From positions 896,001 to 960,000 of the forward strand of contig CBDAOY010000009.1 of NCBI GenBank assembly GCA_965198225.1: DNA of 64,000 nt, written 5' to 3'. Below the pieces are notes generated by a model that saw only the letters and a list, made by a program, of their open reading frames with translations, ran no database searches and was not told the DNA's origin. Positions 9,894-20,380 of the stretch are shown here, one piece after another. Source of the DNA: Terriglobia bacterium. Lineage in GTDB: Bacteria; Acidobacteriota; Terriglobia; 20CM-2-55-15. Both the position numbers and the translations under genes were made by a program. Each line of letters begins with the position of its first letter. Position 1 is the stretch's first letter.

Positions 9894-11600
9894 TCAAGCT
9901 CTTTCCCTTCGGCTGGATGAGGCCGGGTAGAGCGTCGGGCCAGAATCGTCGCCGAGAAGCTGGCTCCTGACCAGCCTGATCGGGATACCGCCCTGGCGGA
10001 CGAAGTCGTCATGAAAATCCCGGAGACTGTAGCGGCTCCCTTTCTCCTTGCGATAGTCGTCCCGGAGCTTGCAGACTTGCAGCTTCCCGAGCGTGTACGC
10101 GAGATAGGTCGGGTCGTACGCCCCTCGCCGGGCTTCTTCGTAGGCATTGGCCGGTTCCTGGAAGCCGTTCTCGACAAACACGCGGGCGCCCTCCTCAACG
10201 CTCATGCCGGCGGTGTGCAGCTTCATACCGACGACCCAGCGACAGTCCCGGAGCAATGCCTCGAGGAGTTGCGCGAGACGAATGCGCTCGTCGCCCTGCC
10301 CGTAGCCCTCCTCGCCCATCATCTGCTCGGTATAGTGTGCCCACCCTTCGACATTCGAGTAGCAGCTGACCAACTTGCGGGTCTTGGTCGGGAATTGATC
10401 CGCGTAAAGAAACTGGATGTAATGGCCGGGATAGGCCTCGTGGATGGTGATGACCTCCATGACCGCCCGGTTGAACAATCTGAGGTGCTCCTCTTTGTGC
10501 TCCGGGCTCCAGTCCTCTTCGGGCGGTGTGACGTAGTAAAAGGCTTCGCGCGCCCGGTCTTCATAAGGTCCCGGCGTGTCCATGGCCGCAAAGGCGCCGA
10601 AACGGAAGTAGGGCGGGGTTTCCTCAATCAGGGGCCGAACGTCGGACGGGACAGTAACGATCTTCCTCTCTTCGAGGAAGCGAACGATTCCCTCGATCGT
10701 CTGCTGCGCTCTTGGAATCAGGTTTTCCGCCGAGGGGAAATCGTCCGACAGCGAACGCACCACTTCTTCAGGAGAACGGCCAGGATCGATTCGCCGTGCC
10801 GTCTCGATGAAGTCACGACGATCGCGAGCGAGGTTGGACTCTCCTATCGCGAGCAGTTCGTCAAGAGGGACATCGATCATCTCTTCATACCGCAGCTTGG
10901 CGGCGAAAGCCTCCGCACCGATGGCATACTCCCCGTCGGAGCGGGGAAGCAGGTCGTTCTCGAGCCAGGTTGCGGCCTGGCTGACGGCTTCAGCCGCCGC
11001 CGTCTGTGACCGACGGAATTCGTCGAACATGGGCTCGTCAGTCCCGACCGTGCTCGTCGCCCAATCCTTTATAGTGTCCCCGAAGAACCTGACCGAGCCT
11101 CGGGCGATCCGGATCGCAAGGTCGGTGAACTCCCGCGGTGGGTTTTCCAAGTTGTCCTTCATCGCGCCCAGGATTGCCCCTACGCCGCCCAGTCGAGAGG
11201 TCATCGCGCGCAGGCGTTCCGAGGGAGGCGCGAAGCTACGCTTCATCAACCCGTCGATGGATTCTCCGAGCGACCAGACGTAGTTGATAGGGTTCCTGCG
11301 CCAGCTTTCCAGGGTTTCGAGGTCGAGCAACTCCGCCCGAATTTTCCCGGCCAGGATTTCGGCGTCGATGTGGTCCGAGGCCGAAAGTGTTTCCTGCGTG
11401 ATGGCATCGAGCCGCTCGCTGAACGCGGTCAGGGAATCGATGCGGCCCAGATGTGCGGGTCGTGAGAAGTCGGCAAACTTCGAATCGTAATCATGGATGC
11501 CCGCCGCGGTCGCCTCGCTCGGCTTCCACTCGAAGAGGGCGTCGAAGTAGTCGTCGACGAACCGGGAGAACTCTGTGGGATGCGCAGTTTGTATCTCCAT
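9894..11600 (-). CDS. DUF885 family protein (putative metallopeptidase)
   Basis: HEAYPGHY motif, NVEGWAHYTE, YLAYTLGK, FHDDF. Confidence 0.88.
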   Translation of the reverse strand: MEIQTAHPTEFSRFVDDYFDALFEWKPSEATAAGIHDYDSKFADFSRPAHLGRIDSLTAFSERLDAITQETLSASDHIDAEILAGKIRAELLDLETLESWRRNPINYVWSLGESIDGLMKRSFAPPSERLRAMTSRLGGVGAILGAMKDNLENPPREFTDLAIRIARGSVRFFGDTIKDWATSTVGTDEPMFDEFRRSQTAAAEAVSQAATWLENDLLPRSDGEYAIGAEAFAAKLRYEEMIDVPLDELLAIGESNLARDRRDFIETARRIDPGRSPEEVVRSLSDDFPSAENLIPRAQQTIEGIVRFLEERKIVTVPSDVRPLIEETPPYFRFGAFAAMDTPGPYEDRAREAFYYVTPPEEDWSPEHKEEHLRLFNRAVMEVITIHEAYPGHYIQFLYADQFPTKTRKLVSCYSNVEGWAHYTEQMMGEEGYGQGDERIRLAQLLEALLRDCRWVVGMKLHTAGMSVEEGARVFVENGFQEPANAYEEARRGAYDPTYLAYTLGKLQVCKLRDDYRKEKGSRYSLRDFHDDFVRQGGIPIRLVRSQLLGDDSGPTLYPASSSRRERA

Positions 11601-11640
11601 CGGGGCACTTATTATAGAATCCCACCAGGAGATTCTCGAA

Positions 11641-12012
11641 ATGACATCTGTCCCCGCCGAAGTTCAGCGAGTGCTGATGAGACTCCGGGTCGAGATGCTC
11701 ACTCATCTCGGCCGTGGCGAAGACGACACCGACTTCTGCGGACGCTGCCATCTCCCTCTTCCGGCCGGAGACTTCGAGTCTTACGAATTCTGCCCGTGGT
11801 GCTGCCAGTCGATCAACGGGTTCGTCCCGCGGTTGGACGAATCCCGTCGAATCGTCGAACACCAATGGGACGTCAACACCGAGATCCAGTGCGGTGAGTG
11901 CGGCGGTGAGTACGAGCAGCCGACCCGCTACGCCTTCCGTTTCTGCCCGCACTGCGGCGCACCCTTCGCCGAACACGACGAGCTCATGATCGAACTGCCT
12001 TTCTTGATTTGA
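11641..12012 (+). CDS. Small double zinc-ribbon-like protein
   Basis: Four CxxC pairs (CGRC, CPWC, CGEC, CPHC); AGGAG RBS upstream of ATG 11641. Confidence 0.7.
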   Translation: MTSVPAEVQRVLMRLRVEMLTHLGRGEDDTDFCGRCHLPLPAGDFESYEFCPWCCQSINGFVPRLDESRRIVEHQWDVNTEIQCGECGGEYEQPTRYAFRFCPHCGAPFAEHDELMIELPFLI

Positions 12013-12050
12013 TTGTTGCGCGGTGACTGATGGTTGTGTCGTTTTAGAAC

Positions 12051-12115
12051 GTTCCTGCTTATCGGACGACCGGGGACAGGGCAAGCCCTGTCCCCCTCAC
12101 ATTGATTCTCTCACG
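12051..12115. repeat. REP-like family B (GGGGACAGGG-loop-CCCTGTCCCC with TGTGAG foot)
   Basis: Homologous to copies near 41050, 47200 and 48860, flanks included. Confidence 0.75.
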
Positions 12116-12173
12116 TAACCGTCCTCTTTAACGATCCGCAGGTGTCGTAGGCTATTCGTGGCGGAGGGCGATC

Positions 12174-12362
12174 ATGGGTCGACCACTTCTTCCGGTGCCG
12201 AACTCCTTCGACGTCGTGCGGAGACCGGAGAGAAGAACAATAACTTACGGGGAGTTTGTCCGAGCAGTTTCGGAGGTGCCCCAAGGCAGGGTTCTCCATT
12301 GGGTCTTTCGGATGAAAAAGCATCGATTCGAGCAGTGTGCCGGTCTGCGCGGCCTCGTGTAG
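12174..12362 (+). CDS. Possible small hypothetical protein (62 aa)
   Basis: GGAGG RBS before the ATG; fills the gap just upstream of the phosphatase gene; no recognised motif. Confidence 0.35.
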   Translation: MGRPLLPVPNSFDVVRRPERRTITYGEFVRAVSEVPQGRVLHWVFRMKKHRFEQCAGLRGLV

Positions 12363-12380
12363 AATGTCGGAGAAGAAGCG

Positions 12381-14019
12381 ATGACCAAGCGATTCTACTT
12401 CTTGGCTATCTGGACGCTCGTACTTGCCCCGACCGCAGGGACGGCGCTTCCGCAAACCACGGAGAGTCCCCGCCTGATCCTTTTCGTGGTGGTCGATCAG
12501 ATGCGCTTCGACTACCTCACCCGGTTCGACGACATCTACTCGGGGGGGCTGAGAACCCTGCTGGATCGGGGAGCCGTTTTCAGCAACGCCAGATACCGCC
12601 ATGCGCTGACGCAGACCGGCCCCGGACATTCCGCTCTGATGTCGGGTCGACATCCACGGCATTCCGGGATCGTCGCCAACAGATTGGTGGGACCCGTTGT
12701 TGAAGAAGATAGTCAACGTCGTCGATGATCCCTTCCAGCAGCCGCTCGGGGGACCGGGGCGATCGGCGTCACCGGTGAATTTCGACGGGTTCACGATCGG
12801 TGATGTCCTGAAGCAGCGAAATCGCCAATCCAGAGTCGTCGGTGTGTCGACCAAGGACCGAGCGGCGATTCTGATGTCGGGTCGGTTGGGAGACGCGGCG
12901 TTTTGGTTCGAGGAAGAGGGCGGCAACTTCATAACGAGTACCTACTACATGGACGAAGCCCCCGATTGGCTCGAGCAGTGGAACCGGCGCCGCATGGCCG
13001 ATTCCCGTGCCGGGACGGTCTGGACACGCCTGATCGATGACGAATCACAATACAGGCGCTACGCCGGGCTCGACGCCGTCGTCGGAGAATGGACGGCGGA
13101 AGATACTGTCTTCCCGCACCGGATTCCGGGAACACCCCCGGACCCGGTGTTCTACAAGTACGTGAGGCGTACCCCGTTTGCCGATGAGATGACGCTGTCG
13201 GTCGCCTTATCTGCGATGGTGGCGCATGACATCGGCGAAGACCAGTTCACCGACATCCTCGCAGTCAGCTTCTCCGGAACCGACCTGGTCGGACACGAGT
13301 TTGGTCCGGACAGCCAGGAAGTCATGGATCAGCTCCTGCGATTGGACCGACTGCTCGGCGAGTTGCTGGAAAGGATCGACAGGCGCACCGGTCTGGACCG
13401 GACTATGGTCGTATTGAGTTCCGACCACGGTGCGCTACCGCTGGTGGAAGTTCTCGAGGAACGCGGACGAGGGGGGCGGCGTTCGACTCGACAGGTGCTG
13501 CTGGGTGTTCTCGAGGCGGCCATGCTCGAACGCCACCCGAATGCTCAAGGGGTGATTTCGGCAATGGAGGCTTCGGGGGTTTACCTCGACGAAGGTCTGA
13601 TCGCGGCACGAGGTCTGGACCGGGCCTCGATCGAGGCAACGATCACCGACGCTCTGGAAGCGACCGGCCTGGTTGCGGCCGTTTACACCCACGAGCAGAT
13701 GGCAGGCGGCACGCCCTCCGACGACCCGTTCCTGGATCTGTACCGTAACTCGTTCGTTTCGTCCAGGAGTGCTCATTTGACGTACCGTCTGGCAGAGCAC
13801 GTCTACATCGATGGGGCCGATCCGGGTGGCACGGGTCACGGAACTCCGTACGAATACGACCGGCATATACCGATTATCTTCATGGGTCGCGGAATCCAAC
13901 CCGGGTGGTATCCCGATGCCTGTGGTCCGGAAGATATCGCACCGACGCTGGGCCATATTCTCGGTCTTGAAATCCCGAAGGAGCCCGCCGCACGGATTCT
14001 GACGGAAATGCTCAACTAG
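12381..14019 (+). pseudogene. PafA-like alkaline phosphatase family protein, +1 frameshift near 12681
   Basis: VVVDQMRFDY and TQTGPGHS in frame 1; STKDRAA, DLVGHEFGPDS, SSDHG and GHGTPYEYD in frame 2; removing one A restores ANDWWDPLLKK. Confidence 0.88.
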
Positions 14020-14281
14020 TGGCCTGTAACAGAGAGAGTGATAGTGGCGTTCGGAGCGCAACGGTACCGGATTCTAGGAGCGCCGCCCGAGGTAATGCCG
14101 CTTCATTGCGAGAAGGCGCGGCAACGAAGACGGTGCTGTTCCGCCGCACCCCGAAGGGACGATGGGCCTTGCCAGCCACGCAGAGGAGTTAGGAACAGCG
14201 ATGGTTTTCCATCGGCGACGACTCGTGAGAGGATCTGCAAGGCCCATCGGCGACGCTGTCACTATCTCTTTTACAGGCTAC
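14019..14281. mobile_element. IS630-ended MITE (~263 bp) inserted at the TA of the phosphatase stop codon
   Basis: Left TA-GTGGCCTGTAACAGAGAGAGTGATAG, right CTGTCACTATCTCTTTTACAGGCTAC-TG; ~30-bp imperfect TIR whose outer part matches the IS630 ends. Confidence 0.8.
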
Positions 14282-14415
14282 TGGGCCACTGGTGACGGCC
14301 GTCAAGCTTTTCGCTTCCTAATCTTTCGGATGCCGTCATAAACTCCGGTAGTTGTCCAAGCAGTCTTGACAGAGACGATCCGTGGTTCGTTCGATTTTTC
14401 CGGAGGGAGTATTCG

Positions 14416-16848
14416 ATGAAGACTCTAAAGCTTTTCGTTCCCGTCCTCGCGATCATCGCGGTGGCGTCCCTCAACGCATCGGCCCAGCTTGTGAGTCAGT
14501 CCGAGCTGACGAGAGCCGATGTCGATCCGGACTTTGAACTGACATTGGACCATCTGTCCTACGATTCCCGGTGGTTGGGACTGTCTCCGAGAGGCGTGAC
14601 GTGGTCGCCCGACGGAGGGACCGTCTACTTCCGTTGGCGGGATGATCCGGCATCCGGACAGAATCCGGACACCGATCCCTGGCATGCCGTCAATCGCGCC
14701 GGAACACGTGTCCGGATGGTCGATACCGAAGAAGTCCGGAGGATCCCCTCGGGCAACCTCAGTTGGTCCGGGGACCGTGCCGTGGCTGCCTGGTCCAAAT
14801 CGGGTACGCTGTTCCTCTGGAACCGGGGTCGCGGAGCGCGTGCCGTGTACACGGCGGCCTCCGGTTTGGGCAATCTTCAGACGGCTCCTGATGGCTCTCG
14901 CGTCTTCTTCTCCACGGAGGGCTTTGGTCGGACCTCTCCCGAGTCATCGAACAACCACAGTTCGGACCTTTGGGCCTATGACGTGGACGGCGGTCACGTC
15001 CGTCAGCTTGCCGCCATTACCGAGAAGGAGGAGGACCCGAGTGATAAGGAACACGTGAAGTGGCTCGAAGACCAGCAACTGGAGTTGATCGAGATCGTCC
15101 GGCAGCGCAAGAACGACCGTGAGGAGTCCGACGCGCTGTCGCGCGAACGCGAACCGTTCCGGCCTCAGGTCATCTCGATCGAGAAAGGTGCGCGCGCCTA
15201 CAACATTCGGTTGAGTCCGGACGGGCACTACGTCACCTTCCAGTGGATGAAGCGGGCGTCTGCCGCCGAGCGCACGAGCTTCCTCGAGTTCGTCAACGAG
15301 AGCGGACAGGCCACGGAGAAGGAAGCGCGACCGAAAGTGGGCGACCCGGTGCCTGAATACAAGATGGGCATCGTCCGCCTCGACCCGCTCGTCGATCCCG
15401 AGGATGTGGAGATTACCTGGGTGGATACGGGAGTCGAGGGGGAGACCGTTGTGCACGGACCGTACTGGAGCCCGGCCGGAGATCACGGCATCGTGCAGAT
15501 CCTCTCGATGGACCACAAGAACCGCTGGATCTCATCCCTCGATGTCGCTACCGGCCAGGTCACCCCCATCCACCACGAACACCAGGACGAATGGATCGGC
15601 GGGCCGCTGGTAGGGGGTCGCTGGAATCCCGGCTATCTCCAGTGGCTCCATGACGGGAGCGCTTTTGGGTTCGTCACCGAAGAGACAGGCTGGACGATGC
15701 TGAACCTGGCCGATGCGGACGGTAACGTGACACGCCTGACCGATGGCGAGTTCGAGGTTCGGGGAAGTCTGCTCGGGGCCGACGGAAACTGGTACCTCAC
15801 CACGAGCCGCGAACACCCCGGCGAGATCCATCTCTACCGACTCGGCGCGCGCGGCGGTGAACTCGAACGGATCACGATGGGGGAAGGACGCAACAGCGCG
15901 ACCCTCTCGCCCGACGGTCAACGCATTGCTGTGCTGTATCAGTCGACGCTGGATCTGTCGGACCTCTACCTCCAGGACAATCGTCCTGGAGCCGAGAAGC
16001 AGCGGATCACCAAGGCCGGGACCGACGATTATTACCGCTACGATTGGATCGACAGCGAGATCATCAGCTTTCCGGACGCCGCGGGGGAAACGACCTGGGC
16101 CAAGATCTGGGAGCGGCCGCAGGACCCCAACGGCGCGGCGGTCGTCCACATTCACGGGTGCGGCGAGTGCGCTCAGGGCGTCACGAAAGGGTGGCAGGGC
16201 TCGGCGGGTGTCTATGCCAACTATCTGCACCAGATGGGCTACACGTCGGCTTCCCTGGATTATCGTGGCAGTTCCGGGTACGGCCACGCCAACCGGACGT
16301 ATGCGTACCGCCAGATGGGGATTTCCGATGTCGACAGCGGGCTGGCGCTGCTGGATGTCCTCGTGGACTCCTACGGCGTCGAGCGTGAGCGAATCGGCCT
16401 CTACGGCGGTTCCTACGGAGGGTTCTTCACGATCATGTCGCTGTTCCGCAATCCCGGCAAGTGGAAGGCGGGAGTGGCACTGTATCCGGTGACCGACTGG
16501 GCCCACTACAACCAGGGTTACACCAGCCGGATCCTGAACGGCACACCCCAGTCCGACGACGAAGCCTACCGGCAGTCCAGCCCGATCTACTATGCCGAGA
16601 ACCTGCAGGATCACCTGCAGATCCAGCATGGCCTGGTCGACAACAATGTCCAGATCCAGGATTCGTTCCGGTTGTCACAAATCCTGATGGAGATGAAGAA
16701 AGATTTCGACCTGGTCGTATACCCGGTCGAAGACCATGGCTGGGACGAGGTTCCGAGCCGCCGTGACAGTTATTTTCGGATGACACGGTGGTTCGACCGC
16801 CACCTCCTGGGCGAGGGCGCCGGTGTCGCGACGCAGCAGAATAAATGA
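14416..16848 (+). CDS. S9 family peptidase (DPP-IV-like, secreted)
   Basis: Signal peptide, beta-propeller SPDG repeats, GGSYGG, HGLVDNNV, EDHGW. Confidence 0.92.
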   Translation: MKTLKLFVPVLAIIAVASLNASAQLVSQSELTRADVDPDFELTLDHLSYDSRWLGLSPRGVTWSPDGGTVYFRWRDDPASGQNPDTDPWHAVNRAGTRVRMVDTEEVRRIPSGNLSWSGDRAVAAWSKSGTLFLWNRGRGARAVYTAASGLGNLQTAPDGSRVFFSTEGFGRTSPESSNNHSSDLWAYDVDGGHVRQLAAITEKEEDPSDKEHVKWLEDQQLELIEIVRQRKNDREESDALSREREPFRPQVISIEKGARAYNIRLSPDGHYVTFQWMKRASAAERTSFLEFVNESGQATEKEARPKVGDPVPEYKMGIVRLDPLVDPEDVEITWVDTGVEGETVVHGPYWSPAGDHGIVQILSMDHKNRWISSLDVATGQVTPIHHEHQDEWIGGPLVGGRWNPGYLQWLHDGSAFGFVTEETGWTMLNLADADGNVTRLTDGEFEVRGSLLGADGNWYLTTSREHPGEIHLYRLGARGGELERITMGEGRNSATLSPDGQRIAVLYQSTLDLSDLYLQDNRPGAEKQRITKAGTDDYYRYDWIDSEIISFPDAAGETTWAKIWERPQDPNGAAVVHIHGCGECAQGVTKGWQGSAGVYANYLHQMGYTSASLDYRGSSGYGHANRTYAYRQMGISDVDSGLALLDVLVDSYGVERERIGLYGGSYGGFFTIMSLFRNPGKWKAGVALYPVTDWAHYNQGYTSRILNGTPQSDDEAYRQSSPIYYAENLQDHLQIQHGLVDNNVQIQDSFRLSQILMEMKKDFDLVVYPVEDHGWDEVPSRRDSYFRMTRWFDRHLLGEGAGVATQQNK

Positions 16849-16850
16849 CC

Positions 16851-16920
16851 TGTAGGTGCGCTCTATGAGCGCACAAGACGTTGCACCCGAGACAACGAGC
16901 GGTCATAGATCGCAGCAACA
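16851..16920. repeat. REP doublet family A (TGTAGGTGCGSTCTATGASCGCAC)
   Basis: Inverted pair of GTAG-footed palindromes; further copies at 23473, 48915, 51365 and 57651. Confidence 0.82.
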
Positions 16921-17011
16921 CCGGCCGAAGGATCCGTTCAGCTAAGGGAGTAGCAACCATCGATTGAGGGGCTCTAAAGTGTCGAACAATAAGAAGGAAG
17001 GCCTGCTGGCC

Positions 17012-18709
17012 ATGAATCGTCGGCGTTTCGTCGGCTACTTCTCAGCCGTCGGTCTGGGATCCAGTCTGATTCCCGGTGCGCTGACGGCTGTGGCTCAGGA
17101 TGCCGACACGATCACTCCGGAGATGGTCCAGGCCGCTTCGAACCTGGCCGGATTGACGTTCACAACCGAGGAAGTCGAGAAGATCGCCGAAGATTTCAAC
17201 GGTCGCCGGAGCCCGCTTCCGCAGTACGAATCGCTCCGCGACATGGACCTGGGCAACGACACGCCGCCATCGCTCGTCTTCAACCCGGTCCCCGCCTCGA
17301 TGAAGCTGCCCGCCGGCCGCCGGCCGTTCAAGAGAAGCGAGCCGGACGTGTCGATGCCGGCTACCGACGACGAACTGGCCTTCCTGCCCGTGACCCATCT
17401 CTCGAGGCTCATCGAAACCCGGCAGGTCAGCTCGACCGATCTCACCAAGCTGTACCTGGCGCGCCTGAAGGCGCACGACCCGACCCTGCTGTGCGTCGTC
17501 AACCTGACCGAAGAAATGGCGTTGCAGCAGGCCCGGAAGGCAGATGAAGAGCTTGCGGCAGGGATGTACCGGGGACCGCTGCACGGAATTCCGTGGGGAG
17601 CCAAGGACCTGCTGGCGGTCAAGGGGTACCCGACCACGTGGGGTGCCAGCCCGTACAAGGAACAGATCATCGACGTGAACGCGACGGTGTTCGAGAAACT
17701 CACCCAGGCCGGCGCGGTTCTCGTGGCGAAGCTGACGCTCGGGGCTCTGGCCCAGGGAGACCGCTGGTTCGGAGGTCGGACTCGAAACCCCTGGAACCCG
17801 GAGCAGGGATCCAGTGGATCTTCGGCCGGTCCGGGATCGGCGACCGCTGCCGGCCTCGTCGGGTTTTCGATCGGCACCGAGACCCGGGGTTCGATCATGT
17901 CTCCATCGGGCCGAAACGGGGTGACCGGGTTGCGGCCGACCTATGGACGGGTGAGCCGTTACGGTGCCATGGCCTTGAGTTGGAGTATGGACAAGATCGG
18001 GCCGATGTGCCGGTCGGCGGAGGACTGCGCGCTGGTCTTTGACGCGATCTATGGCCCCGACGGAAGGGATAACAGCATCATCGATGTCCCGTTCAACTTC
18101 GACGCTACCGCCGACGTTCGGAAACTGCGTGTCGGCTATCTCAAGGATCGATACTTTGCCGATATCGAGGACGATCCGGAGAATCCCGAACAGGTCGAAA
18201 GACGACGGGAAAACAAGAAGTTCGACGATGCGGCGCTGAACCTGCTGATGTCGATGGGAGTCGAGTTGAAGCCGATCGAGTTGCCGGACCTGCCGAGTGA
18301 TTCGATCGGGTTCATCCTTTCGACCGAGTCCGCCGCCGCCTTCGACGATCTGACGCGCAGTGTGCGGGACAACATGATGGTGCCCGAGGAGAGCAACTGG
18401 CCGGACACGTTCCGCCGCCAGCGGTTCATCCCGGCGGTCGAGTACATCCAGGCGAACCGTCTGCGGACCCGGATCATCGAGGACTTCAACGATGTGTTCG
18501 ACGATCTGGATCTGTTCGTCGGGAGTAACCTCGGTTTGACCAACCTCACCGGACACCCTGAGATCAGCGTGCCTCACGGGTTCAACTCGGAGGGGAATCC
18601 GACCAACCTGAGGTTCACCGGAAAACTGTTCGGCGAAGCCGAGGTCCTGTTGCTTGCCCACGCATTCCAGAGCGCGACGGACCATCACCTGAAACATCCG
18701 AGGCTGTAG
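17012..18709 (+). CDS. Amidase signature family enzyme with Tat signal
   Basis: MNRRRFVG twin-arginine leader; GPLHGIPWGAKD, GSSGSSAG, GTETRGSI. Confidence 0.92.
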   Translation: MNRRRFVGYFSAVGLGSSLIPGALTAVAQDADTITPEMVQAASNLAGLTFTTEEVEKIAEDFNGRRSPLPQYESLRDMDLGNDTPPSLVFNPVPASMKLPAGRRPFKRSEPDVSMPATDDELAFLPVTHLSRLIETRQVSSTDLTKLYLARLKAHDPTLLCVVNLTEEMALQQARKADEELAAGMYRGPLHGIPWGAKDLLAVKGYPTTWGASPYKEQIIDVNATVFEKLTQAGAVLVAKLTLGALAQGDRWFGGRTRNPWNPEQGSSGSSAGPGSATAAGLVGFSIGTETRGSIMSPSGRNGVTGLRPTYGRVSRYGAMALSWSMDKIGPMCRSAEDCALVFDAIYGPDGRDNSIIDVPFNFDATADVRKLRVGYLKDRYFADIEDDPENPEQVERRRENKKFDDAALNLLMSMGVELKPIELPDLPSDSIGFILSTESAAAFDDLTRSVRDNMMVPEESNWPDTFRRQRFIPAVEYIQANRLRTRIIEDFNDVFDDLDLFVGSNLGLTNLTGHPEISVPHGFNSEGNPTNLRFTGKLFGEAEVLLLAHAFQSATDHHLKHPRL

Positions 18710-18729
18710 AGACCCTGGAGGGCAACTGA

Positions 18730-20358
18730 ATGGGACGCTCAAAGAAAGGACTTCTGATGCGATGCCGTTTCCGAGCCTTCGCCTTGCTTCTGGTGATTGC
18801 TCCATTGTTTGCTGCCTGCTCCTCGTCACCGCCGATCATCCGCGGAATCGAGTTGGACAGGAGGCCCAGCGCCACAGTTCCGCTCGCCGCGCAACTCGCC
18901 TTCGTCACGGATCGGCCGACCACTTTCTTTCTCGAAATCGACGACGGCTCGGGGGTGCGGCTCGTCAATCCCGGTATGCCCCCGGCCACTGAACACATCG
19001 TGCCGGTGCTGGGGATGCGCCCGGACACCCGGCACACCGTTCAGGTCATCGTCAGCGCTCGAAACGGCGCCACGGCGTCCTCGCTCCCGCTTCAAGTCGA
19101 TACCCCGCCGCTACCCGCGGATTTTCCGCCCATCGAACTGTCGATGAGCGACCCGGCCCGGATGGAACCCGGCGTCACACTCTTTAACTTGATCCACTGG
19201 CCCGAGTCCGGGAACGACGCGGCATACGGCCTGCTGGTCGCTCTCGACGAGCGTGGCGAGGTGGTCTGGTACTACCGGCCCGATCACGGCGTGGGCGATG
19301 CGCGCCGCCTTCAAAACGGCAACCTCCTGTACATGTCCGGACGAGCCGGTCATCTCTATGAGATCGATATGCTCGGCAACGTGGTCGCCGAATGGCATTC
19401 CAACCGCGCACCGGAAGACGAGTTGGGCCCCGGAAGCGTTCCTGTAGACACCGAATCCTTCCACCACGAAGCCTTCGAAACCGTCTCCGGGAACATCCTG
19501 ACGATCAGTTCGGAGATCCGAGCCTACGAGGGGTACCCGACGAGCGCAACGAACGCGGCCGCACCGAAATCGACGGCGAACGTGATCGGTGACGTCCTTG
19601 TCGAATTCACCCGGCGGGGCGAGATCGTTCGAGAAGTGAAGCTGCTGGATGTGCTGGATCCCTACCGGGTCGGCTATAGTTCGCTGGGAGCCGGGTTCTG
19701 GTCTCCGGTGTACACGGAAGAATACGAGTATCCTCTGAGGGATTGGGCGCACACGAACGCCGTGGCGAGCGATGCCAGCGGCCGCTATGCCCTGGCTTCC
19801 CTGCGAGCGCAGGATGCCGTCGTCAAAATCGATCTCGAAACCGGTGAACCGTTGTGGATACTTGGCCATCATGATGGGTGGGCTCCCGAATTCGAGGACC
19901 TTCTGCTCGAACCGGTTGGCGACCTGCTCTGGCCCTACCACCAGCACGCTCCGATGTTCACTCCGGAAGGAACCATCCTGATGTTCGACAACGGCAACGA
20001 ACGGGCCTGGCCCTTCCAGACCAGGACACCTCCATCAGAAGCCTTCAGCCGCGCGGTCGAATATCGAGTAGACGAAGACAACATGGAGGTCTCCCAGTTG
20101 TGGGCTTACGGTGGGCCGGGTAGCGAGTATTTCTTCTCGACCTTCATCAGTGACGCCGACTGGCTTCCCACGACCCGGAACGTGCTGGTTACCGACGGCG
20201 GCAAGGTGACCGACCCGAATGCTCATCATTGGGCGAGGATCGTAGAAGTCACCCACACGACGCCAGCGGAGAAAGTCTTCGAGATCTTCATCGACGACGA
20301 GGCGCCGGAAGGTTGGGCGGTCTACCGCGCCGAGCGCCTCGCGAGTCTGTATCCCTGA
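18730..20358 (+). CDS. Aryl-sulfate sulfotransferase family lipoprotein
   Basis: Lipobox FAAC, N-terminal HIVPVLGMRP domain, FHHEA, DWAHTNA, HQHAP, MFDNG, SRAVEY. Confidence 0.88.
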   Translation: MGRSKKGLLMRCRFRAFALLLVIAPLFAACSSSPPIIRGIELDRRPSATVPLAAQLAFVTDRPTTFFLEIDDGSGVRLVNPGMPPATEHIVPVLGMRPDTRHTVQVIVSARNGATASSLPLQVDTPPLPADFPPIELSMSDPARMEPGVTLFNLIHWPESGNDAAYGLLVALDERGEVVWYYRPDHGVGDARRLQNGNLLYMSGRAGHLYEIDMLGNVVAEWHSNRAPEDELGPGSVPVDTESFHHEAFETVSGNILTISSEIRAYEGYPTSATNAAAPKSTANVIGDVLVEFTRRGEIVREVKLLDVLDPYRVGYSSLGAGFWSPVYTEEYEYPLRDWAHTNAVASDASGRYALASLRAQDAVVKIDLETGEPLWILGHHDGWAPEFEDLLLEPVGDLLWPYHQHAPMFTPEGTILMFDNGNERAWPFQTRTPPSEAFSRAVEYRVDEDNMEVSQLWAYGGPGSEYFFSTFISDADWLPTTRNVLVTDGGKVTDPNAHHWARIVEVTHTTPAEKVFEIFIDDEAPEGWAVYRAERLASLYP

Positions 20359-20380
20359 TGTTCCGAGCGCTCCTCAAACC

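Noticed and set aside
17012-18709. gatA assignment for the amidase
   Set aside because: It has a Tat signal, GTETRGS instead of GSDTGGS, and no gatB/gatC nearby
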